DNA of 42,718 nt, taken from NCBI GenBank assembly GCA_964014485.1, contig CAXHAT010000051.1, forward strand, positions 1 through 42,718. Reading direction: 5' to 3'. This document shows positions 35,601 to 42,718 of this stretch, piece by piece. This DNA comes from an uncultured Deferribacteres bacterium (lineage in GTDB: Bacteria; Zhuqueibacterota; Zhuqueibacteria; Zhuqueibacterales; Geothermadaptataceae). A program made the translations under genes and the position numbers. The notes beneath the pieces were generated by a model that was given only the letters and a program-made list of their open reading frames with translations, did not search any database and was not told the origin of the DNA. Position 1 is the stretch's first letter; every line of letters begins with the position of its first letter.

Positions 35601-37025
35601 TTAGCGGCCCGGCATAGATTTCAGGAAGTAAGCTCTTGCTTTGCCATATTCGGAAAAGCCGCGCCAGTGCTTCCTGCTTTTCTTTCTTGCAATTTCTTCT
35701 CGGAGCAGATTAACGCTCCATTGGAAATCGTCAAAAATCTTTCGTTCTTCCAGAATATTTTGAACCAGCGTCTCGCGCGTTTCTTTGATTTTCGCCGCCT
35801 CTTCTTTGAGATATTTCGGCATGTTCCTGCTCTTGGCGACCGGAATCAATTCAAGAAGCTTGCTCTCGAGCACCAAGAGTTCGACGCGCAGATTTTCCGC
35901 CATTTTTCTTTGTTCAAGAATGCCCTTTTCAACGTCGATGATACGGTTCTCGATGTTGTTTTTGCCAGAAAAAGTCTGGATGATGAAATCGAATTCATTG
36001 ATCGCAAAATCGTAAAAACCTAGCTCAAGATAACACTGTCCGAGCAGAAAACGCGCTTCCTCCGAGTACTTGTCTTCATCGCTGATTTTGACCAGATCGT
36101 TCAGCGTGGAAATCGCTTGCTGATAATCGTTCAGCTTGATCGCCGCCCAGCTTCTGGCCAGCAATCCTTCCTTAAAAGCTTCGTCATTGTCGCCGGGGAT
36201 GGCCGCGAAATGCTTGATGGCTTCGCGGTAAAACCCCAATTCGTAGTAAATGTATCCAAGCGTCAAATGGCCTGCGGTGACGATGTCTTGCTGTTCGTCA
36301 CGAATGACGGGAAGCGAGACCAATTTTCTGAATGCTCGGACGGCATGTTGGATATTTTTTTTTTTTAAGAAACAGAGGCCCACATTGTAGAGCGCGTAAT
36401 CAAAATAATCGCTCCTCCGGCTCACGCGTTTGAACGCATTGAGGGCTTCATCGAAATTTTTCTGGTGAAAATAGGCCATGCCGCCGTAATAGTACGATCC
36501 GGCGAGGACGTCTTCTTCCTGGTGGCGCGTGGTAATGCCGGTAAAATAGCGCAGACTGTTATCGAGTTCCGCCGAATTATAATGCAGCTTTTGAAGGCCG
36601 AGCAGGGCGTCCGGCAAATACTCGCTTCTTGGGTAGTTCGAGACGAGGTAGGAATACATTTTGTCGGCGGAGCGGTACATGTCCATGTAAAACAGACATT
36701 CGCCCAAGTAGTAAATAACGCCGTCGATTTTACTGAACTTTGTATAAAAGTCAAGTATGATGACCAGCTCGCGCGTTGCGTGCCAGTACGCTTTGTCTTC
36801 AATTTTTTGAAGCGCCGCCTGGTACAGTTTGCCCGCAGTGCGCTCGATAGATTCGCCTTCCTGCGAATTCGTAACCGCTTGTTCTCGATTCACTTCGCCG
36901 AGTAGAGCAGCTTCCGCCGGATTTTCCGACTTTGCTAAACTCGCCGCCGCCCCCAAGTGAGTCATACAAAAAACAAAGAGCAGCCGAATACTGATTGGCG
37001 ATACTTTTTGATGACCCCTATTCAT
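35601..37025 (-). CDS. Periplasmic TPR protein with C-terminal coiled coil (GltC-like)
   Basis: Signal peptide, tandem TPRs (HLTLGYIYYELG, GLLARSWA), long helical coiled-coil tail. Confidence 0.72.
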   Translation of the reverse strand: MNRGHQKVSPISIRLLFVFCMTHLGAAASLAKSENPAEAALLGEVNREQAVTNSQEGESIERTAGKLYQAALQKIEDKAYWHATRELVIILDFYTKFSKIDGVIYYLGECLFYMDMYRSADKMYSYLVSNYPRSEYLPDALLGLQKLHYNSAELDNSLRYFTGITTRHQEEDVLAGSYYYGGMAYFHQKNFDEALNAFKRVSRRSDYFDYALYNVGLCFLKKKNIQHAVRAFRKLVSLPVIRDEQQDIVTAGHLTLGYIYYELGFYREAIKHFAAIPGDNDEAFKEGLLARSWAAIKLNDYQQAISTLNDLVKISDEDKYSEEARFLLGQCYLELGFYDFAINEFDFIIQTFSGKNNIENRIIDVEKGILEQRKMAENLRVELLVLESKLLELIPVAKSRNMPKYLKEEAAKIKETRETLVQNILEERKIFDDFQWSVNLLREEIARKKSRKHWRGFSEYGKARAYFLKSMPGR

Positions 37026-37114
37026 CCCTGAATTCTTCCATCTATATGATTCTACAGCCGTTATCTATTAATTTTGTGACTGCGTCGTTATTGGTTCCCG
37101 TTCACAGTCAATGG

Positions 37115-37240
37115 CGCAACTGTTCAGCCCGATTTGTCATTCTGTAAGAATCCTTTTTGTTCGCAAGTACAGAACTCGCGGCTCGACCAAGAGCTAAGGT
37201 CAAAAAAGATGTTTCCAGCATGACAAACTGAACGGTCACT
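37115..37240. repeat. Nested element: family B copy 2 (37133-37227) inside family C arms
   Basis: TTTGTCATTCTGTAAGAATCCTTTTTG...CAAAAAAGATGTTTCCAGCATGACAAA, flanked by GCAACTGTTCAG / CTGAACGGTCAC. Confidence 0.72.
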
Positions 37241-37320
37241 CAAAAGCAATTCTTCACGGTGCGCCTGAAAATTCCAGGTCGCCTTGTCGAGACGAGCCTG
37301 AAAAATTATCGGGCGCCTTC

Positions 37321-38361
37321 TTAAAGATTGCCGTCGTTTTTCTTTTTCTTCTTCTCTTTTTTGTCTTCGCCGCCTTCCAGCGATTCTTCCATGCGCTTCA
37401 ATTCATCCTGCATTTCCTGCCGCTTTTCACGAACAGCCTGCAAGCGTTCATTTTCGATACGTTCCTGTATCTTTTTTTGCCGCTGTTCGCGCGTCGGCTT
37501 GGCTCGTTTGAAAGACATTTGGTGTGTCACGCCGAAAAGAAACTTCCAATCCGCATACTTTTTCAAGTATGGCAGTTGTTCAACTTCCGGATCACGCGAA
37601 AGTGAGACGTCAAGCGCGAAATCGAGCACGACGTTCCAGGGGCCGAGCAGCTTTAGACCTTGAGTGACCCTTTGTGAATTATGACTATACCGATTCACCA
37701 CCTGATTGCGCGTAAAAACTTCAGCGGAATATTCTGTATAAAGTACGGCGGAACGGATCGGAAACTTAAACCCGCCGGCAAGAATGTATTGATCTTCTTC
37801 CGCCCCGAAAGGGTTGGAGCCAAGCTTGTGATCCATATAGCCGAAATTGAGATGCATCTTAAGCGGGAAAAGCGGAAACGCGTCGGTCATGTCAAATGTG
37901 ACGACGCCGACCATTCCCATGCCAATCGCATCGGTAGAAAAGGGTTCGAAAGCAACGTTATGATTGCGTGCCGTGGGGAATTTGCCGAAGACGTGCAGGG
38001 CGGAGTGGAAGCCGCCGTCGCTTACGGGGAGCTGCGCCTTTAGCCCGATGCGCGAATCTCCCGGAGGCCCCCAAATATGCGCTTGATCGTCCTGGTACGC
38101 TGTAAAATGACCGGTCAGCTCAAAATGTCGAGAAAGCCCGTAAGTGACGCTAAGAGAAAGCGTGTGGTCTTTGCTCAAGGAGCTAGCCCCTTCGGTTGGG
38201 GATAGAAAGGAAGAAAAAAAGCCGTTGATAAAGAGTTGTGAACGCGGCGTGGTTTCAGCGGAAAGCGTTCTCAAAAGCCCCCTGCCGCCGAAGCGGGTCG
38301 TCTGTGCAAAAATTACTGCGGGAGCAACGCTAAACAGAAGAGCCAAAGTCAGTTTTTTCAT
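37321..38361 (-). CDS. Putative outer-membrane beta-barrel with charged C-terminal coiled-coil tail
   Basis: Signal peptide, GGRGLLRTLSAET N-terminus, GDSRIGLK, amphipathic strands, then an E/K/R/Q-rich tail. Confidence 0.65.
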   Translation of the reverse strand: MKKLTLALLFSVAPAVIFAQTTRFGGRGLLRTLSAETTPRSQLFINGFFSSFLSPTEGASSLSKDHTLSLSVTYGLSRHFELTGHFTAYQDDQAHIWGPPGDSRIGLKAQLPVSDGGFHSALHVFGKFPTARNHNVAFEPFSTDAIGMGMVGVVTFDMTDAFPLFPLKMHLNFGYMDHKLGSNPFGAEEDQYILAGGFKFPIRSAVLYTEYSAEVFTRNQVVNRYSHNSQRVTQGLKLLGPWNVVLDFALDVSLSRDPEVEQLPYLKKYADWKFLFGVTHQMSFKRAKPTREQRQKKIQERIENERLQAVREKRQEMQDELKRMEESLEGGEDKKEKKKKKNDGNL

Positions 38362-38465
38362 GTCCTTAAAAGCCGTTCCTGGCTATTTGGGTGAATGTCT
38401 AAGCTGCCGTTAACTTTGGTATCGAAAAAACTTCGTGTTTACTTGGAATCGCCGTCCCTTCTTCT

Positions 38466-39392
38466 TTAAAATGAAGGCGATTGCAGACTATGTTGCGGCG
38501 CTTCAGATCGAAATCCTGTTCTGATCTGAGTTTCAAACGTTTTGAAGATGCGTTCTAACGCCAGGGCAAGCAAGTACCCGAACACCGCATCCAGAACATA
38601 GTGATATTTTAAATAGAACACGGACACCATCATTAACATGGCAATTGGCGTTAGTATATAATACAATCGTTTATCAATTTGGCGTAACGCAAAAATGGAA
38701 ATCCATGCGACCGCAATATGTGAGCTTGGAAAAGCGGCGCCGACAACGGAGCCTTGCGATTGGATAGTTCTGATCATCCAAAGGAAAAAACCGCCTTCTA
38801 TTTGAAGCGGATCAACTCCGGGCATACTGTGGTGAGGACCTCGCACTGGAACCAGAATAAACAGGATGTAACAGAAGACAAGCGCCGCACACACCTTGAG
38901 CATGTAATATTCAAAGTCTTGTTTGGGGAATTTGAGATAGATGAGCAGACCGACGGCGGGCAAAATAATGTAATAGCTCCAGTAAGAAAACGCCATCAAC
39001 TCCGTAAAAAACACCGACGGCTCGTGAAACGGCGAGAAAGAGAAATAAAGGCTGTATAACGCTTTATCAGACCAGATGAGCAACGGCTCCAAATAGAGCG
39101 GCAGCAACGCGGTGGAAATAAATGTCAAGTTCTTGAAAATCATTGGGAACAAGGCAAGCAAGTACCAATCGCGAACAATCTGAATGATTCGAGGATGCTT
39201 CTCGTTCACCAAAGTCCCCAAAGTGATCAAAAAGATAAATCCCGTTTGGGTCAAAACAACGCGCTTCCACTGAGGTACGACTGTGAAGCTCAAAATCGCG
39301 AGTAAAGCCGTGGCGGCGAGATAACCAACAGTAATCAGCTCATACTTCCGAAAACGGAATTTCAAAGTCCCGCTAAAAAATTCTATATTCAT
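38466..39392 (-). CDS. PAP2-superfamily membrane phosphatase/phosphotransferase (Aur1/IPC-synthase-like)
   Basis: PVRGP, AFPSSH and HYVLD motifs; multiple TMs. Confidence 0.85.
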   Translation of the reverse strand: MNIEFFSGTLKFRFRKYELITVGYLAATALLAILSFTVVPQWKRVVLTQTGFIFLITLGTLVNEKHPRIIQIVRDWYLLALFPMIFKNLTFISTALLPLYLEPLLIWSDKALYSLYFSFSPFHEPSVFFTELMAFSYWSYYIILPAVGLLIYLKFPKQDFEYYMLKVCAALVFCYILFILVPVRGPHHSMPGVDPLQIEGGFFLWMIRTIQSQGSVVGAAFPSSHIAVAWISIFALRQIDKRLYYILTPIAMLMMVSVFYLKYHYVLDAVFGYLLALALERIFKTFETQIRTGFRSEAPQHSLQSPSF

Positions 39393-39423
39393 ATCCTTCT
39401 CAACATATGCTTCACTAGAATTC

Positions 39424-39680
39424 GCAACTGTTCAGCCAACCAACCGCGCTTGCGATTTTGATCAGGGAATAACTCCGGAGTCAAACGCTTCAGCGTTTGA
39501 GTGTGAACTACTGTGACTGGCGACGATGAATCGTCGCACTCCGGAAAAGAGTTACTCAAAAGCTAACCAACCGCATTGGCGGTCTCAGCATACACAAAAA
39601 ACCGGCGTAACTCTGACAGGGTTCCGAACCCTGCCAGAGTTAGAAGTTATTCAACCGCCGCTGGTTAGCTGAACAGTTAC
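39424..39680. repeat. Mosaic REP/MITE-like element bounded by family C inverted repeats
   Basis: 19-bp imperfect IR GCAACTGTTCAGCCAACCA / TGGTTAGCTGAACAGTTAC, with internal hairpins TCAAACGCT-TC-AGCGTTTGA, GCGACGAT-GA-ATCGTCGC and TAACTCTGACAGGGTT-CCG-AACCCTGCCAGAGTTA. Confidence 0.72.
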
Positions 39681-40181
39681 AAGAAATTTTGGCTAAATAT
39701 ATGCTTTTACAATAGATTCGCAAGTGCGCCGACGCGAGGTCGCATTTATGGCTGGCGGCTTTAACGAGGAACATGCGAATTTGTTTTGGCTTGATTTTTT
39801 ACTGTATAATCTGTACCGTTTTCGTCCGCTATACCTCAATGCAATAACAAGGTCGCGGCAGGGAATCCAGATATTCGATCTTCAGTTGAATTTGGAAAGC
39901 ACCTGTCTTATCATTCCAGAAGAGTCTTTTTAGATCGCCGAGTATGAACGTTCCCACAATTTTTGGGGAAAAGTCTAAAAAAGACGCTTCCAGCACGACA
40001 GTTTGGAACTTGCAAGACACGCTCTGAGAGAATTCACTTTCTGGGAATCGGATTTCCAGTCAAGAGTCAAGATAATATTTTTTTACCCAATCGCCGCCAA
40101 ATCAAGGTATCTAAGAACACGGAATCCCGCAATTTCGCGGCACATAATTACGGATACGGACCATAAACCAGGAAATTCGCG

Positions 40182-41045
40182 ATGTATTCCAATGCGCGTG
40201 AGAGGTTTCAGTTCGGCTTAGGCGCTCCACTTACCCGAATCGTTAAATATCTAATCATAATAAACGTCGCCGTATTCTTTATAGAAAACCTGGTTTTGCT
40301 GGCGGCTGACGCATCGATTTTCAAACCTTATTTTGCCCTCCGTACGGACTTTCTGCAAAACTTCCAGCTTTGGCAAGTCGTTACCTATATGTTCCTGCAT
40401 GGCGACGGCGACGTGCTGCATCTATTCTTTAATATGTTGCTGCTATGGATTTTCGGCTCAGAAGTGGAAGACAAATGGGGTTCGCGCCCTTTTCTGAATT
40501 ATTATTTGATTTGCGGCATTGGGGCCGGGCTTGTGCAAGTGCTTTCCCACTACGTGATTTTGCCGGACGAAGCGCATCGCCAAATCGTCGGTGCATCGGG
40601 CGCTGTTTTTGGGCTGATTCTCGCCTTCGCATGGATTGACCCCGAGCGGGAAATCACCTTTTTCCTCATGCTCATCATGCCGATTCGCATCAAAGCAAAA
40701 TACCTCGCGATGATTGCAGGCGGCTTCGCTCTATTTTCAGGCTTGTTTAGTTTGGACAACGTGGCCCACTTTGCGCACCTCGGCGGGATGCTGGTAGGTT
40801 ACTTGTATTTAAAATTGGATATGCCAAAAGTCTCAATTAGCGAGTGGGCTTCAAAGCGCAAAGAGACGCGAGAGATCATTAAACTAGCGCGCAAACGGAA
40901 TCACGAACAGCAACTGCGCAAAGACGTGGATCAGATTCTTGACAAGATCAACGATGTCGGCATTGAGAATTTGACAGCGGAAGAAAAAAACATTCTCAAA
41001 GAAGCCAGCAAATATCTAAGCCAGGAAAAAGAAGACGAACGGTGA
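40182..41045 (+). CDS. Rhomboid intramembrane serine protease with C-terminal DUF6576-like domain
   Basis: TYMFLH, HLFFNM, GASG and AHFAHLGG motifs; tail VDQILDKINDVGIENLT.EEK. Confidence 0.93.
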   Translation: MYSNARERFQFGLGAPLTRIVKYLIIINVAVFFIENLVLLAADASIFKPYFALRTDFLQNFQLWQVVTYMFLHGDGDVLHLFFNMLLLWIFGSEVEDKWGSRPFLNYYLICGIGAGLVQVLSHYVILPDEAHRQIVGASGAVFGLILAFAWIDPEREITFFLMLIMPIRIKAKYLAMIAGGFALFSGLFSLDNVAHFAHLGGMLVGYLYLKLDMPKVSISEWASKRKETREIIKLARKRNHEQQLRKDVDQILDKINDVGIENLTAEEKNILKEASKYLSQEKEDER

Positions 41046-42613
41046 AGTTTCGAATCAAGTCATTTACAAACGCCCTGCTCATATTTTCCCTCAGCCTAGT
41101 CTACATCGGGACTGCGGCAAATCCGGAACCCAACCAATTTGAAGCTTTCATTAACGGCCAGCGCCACGAGTTGCCCACAAAGCAGTTCGACCACTCCAGA
41201 CGGTTACACTACATCGACATCCGAGAATTGGCTTCACTCCTGAACGTCAAGCCGTCATTCAGTAACGACGCACGTGAAGCCAAACTCGATTTTGGCCGCG
41301 ACGTTGTTACCGCCACAGCGCAAAACCCCTTTATAAATATTGGCGAAAGAATCGTTCAAATGCCGGTCGACGCTCATTTTGCGAACGGCCGAATTTACGT
41401 TCCCCTGCCATACTTCGTCGATGTTATTTCGCCTTACTATCCCGGTTCATTATTCATCGTCAATTCCGCACCGGCGCCGAATCCCGGAACTGTCAGCAAT
41501 GCGGGAGACCAACCTGTCGCCTCACGGGACAAGACTCCGGCGAGACCGCTGTTTTCCAATATTTTTGATATTATCGTCGAAGAAAAGGCGAACGGCACCT
41601 TGATCCGGGTGCAAACTGGCAAGGATTTCAATGAATCGCATATTAATGCCAGAATCACGCGGCAGTGGCTGTACATCGATATTTACGGCGGTAAAATCGA
41701 CAAGGCGTTAAGCACGAAAGACAATTTGCCGGGGTTTGTGCGAAAAATCGTGCCTTTGCAAATGGCGCAAATGGCGCAGCTCTCATTTCAATTACGCGGG
41801 GAAGTTACCCGGCAGAAGGTGTTTACGGACAACCGGAACCATGAAATTCTGGTATCGCTAACGACCGAGGAGCGTGTTTCAAAGGACATTCTTCGATCAC
41901 TGCGAGAAGAAAAAAAGAAGTGGCTCATCGATACCATCGTCATTGATCCGGGGCACGGCGGCAAAGACCCCGGCGCGATAGGGCCGGGAAATGTTTACGA
42001 AAAAAACGTAACCTTGGCGATCGCCAAAGAAGTCAAAAAGCTACTTGTGGCCCGAAGCGACGTTCGGGTCGTCATGACGCGCGAAGATGACCGATTCATT
42101 CCCTTGAAAGATCGAACGAAATTGGCAAACCGCGAGCAAGGCAAGCTTTTTATCAGCATTCACGCAAACTCCAACCGCAACCGCAGCGTGGAAGGCCTGA
42201 CCACCTACTTTCTTGGCCAAGCGAACAATGAAGAAGCGCTGGAAGTCGCAAAACGCGAAAACTCGGTGATTCGCTACGAGCAGGACAAGTCCTCCTACGC
42301 GAAACTTGAAAATGAAGGCTTGATTTTATTAGCGCTGGCGCAAAATTCGTTTCAAAGCGAAAGTCAGGAATTGGCGGCTATCGTTCAAAAAGAAATTTCA
42401 AAATCAACCTCCACCCGTGACCGAGGCGTAAAGCAGGCCGGGTTTTCCGTATTGATCGGCGCTTCAATGCCGAACATCCTGATTGAAACCGCCTTTATTT
42501 CCAACCGCCGCGAGGCAAAACAGCTTCAATCCAAACGCTACCAGCAAAAAGTCGCCGAAGGCGTGTTCAACAGCATTTTGCGCTTCAAAAAGAAATATGA
42601 AAGCGGCATGTAA
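41042..42613 (+). CDS. N-acetylmuramoyl-L-alanine amidase (Amidase_3, AmiA/AmiC-like)
   Basis: Signal peptide; IVIDPGHGGKDPGA, EK, FISIHAN and ILIETAFISN motifs; GTGA overlap with the rhomboid gene. Confidence 0.95.
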   Translation: MKFRIKSFTNALLIFSLSLVYIGTAANPEPNQFEAFINGQRHELPTKQFDHSRRLHYIDIRELASLLNVKPSFSNDAREAKLDFGRDVVTATAQNPFINIGERIVQMPVDAHFANGRIYVPLPYFVDVISPYYPGSLFIVNSAPAPNPGTVSNAGDQPVASRDKTPARPLFSNIFDIIVEEKANGTLIRVQTGKDFNESHINARITRQWLYIDIYGGKIDKALSTKDNLPGFVRKIVPLQMAQMAQLSFQLRGEVTRQKVFTDNRNHEILVSLTTEERVSKDILRSLREEKKKWLIDTIVIDPGHGGKDPGAIGPGNVYEKNVTLAIAKEVKKLLVARSDVRVVMTREDDRFIPLKDRTKLANREQGKLFISIHANSNRNRSVEGLTTYFLGQANNEEALEVAKRENSVIRYEQDKSSYAKLENEGLILLALAQNSFQSESQELAAIVQKEISKSTSTRDRGVKQAGFSVLIGASMPNILIETAFISNRREAKQLQSKRYQQKVAEGVFNSILRFKKKYESGM

Positions 42614-42637
42614 TCGCCGCAGAACAACGCCCCCTTT

Positions 42638-42698
42638 AGAAGCTGTTTTAAAAGTCCCGCGGGGACGGTCGAAAGTAGCCCGGAAGTTCACTTCCGGG
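42638..42698. repeat. Probable REP-like element, possibly truncated at the window end
   Basis: AGAAGCTGTTTTAAAA followed by hairpins GTCCCGCGGGGAC and CCCGGAAGT-TC-ACTTCCGGG. Confidence 0.5.
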
Positions 42699-42718
42699 GA
42701 AGACGACGTTTTGTTTTT

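Noticed and set aside
39681..40181. tRNA/ncRNA or small ORFs upstream of the rhomboid gene
   Set aside because: I found no cloverleaf, T-loop or known RNA motif, and the short ORFs lack an RBS and motifs. It is likely a divergent promoter region.

Overview
This is a 42.7 kb bacterial contig fragment, probably from a metagenome. Bases 1-45 are an untrimmed Illumina/Nextera adapter. A C-terminal 'LQNYPNPFNPST' sorting domain suggests an FCB-related lineage such as KSB1, Calditrichota or Ignavibacteria; this is inference only. The main blocks, in order, are: (1) a translationally coupled respiratory operon, with a Nitrospira-type cytochrome bd-like subunit I, no adjacent cydB, three membrane-anchored c-type cytochromes, and an EB_dh-like domain with a (DPFA)x6 acidic insert in the last one; (2) an AbrB/PIN toxin-antitoxin pair, a Nudix hydrolase and an orphan LytTR regulator; (3) envelope and purine-salvage genes; (4) a SpoIIM-DUF4129-DUF4350 cluster, directly preceded by a phage-free holin + DUF5675/SH3 cell-wall peptidase cassette that resembles a type 10 secretion module; (5) an orphan GAF-PAS histidine kinase followed by an unannotated 24-aa membrane peptide with its own RBS and terminator; (6) a ~9.3 kb cluster resembling the myxobacterial Agl-Glt trans-envelope motor core (OM barrel, two TPR proteins, GltF-like, ExbB/ExbD/ExbD, GltG-like); (7) PAP2, rhomboid and amidase genes. 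Intergenic spaces carry several families of nested REP/MITE-like palindromes, with no transposase in the window. I saw no rRNA, tRNA or CRISPR array. All family calls come from motif recognition by eye, not from database searches.
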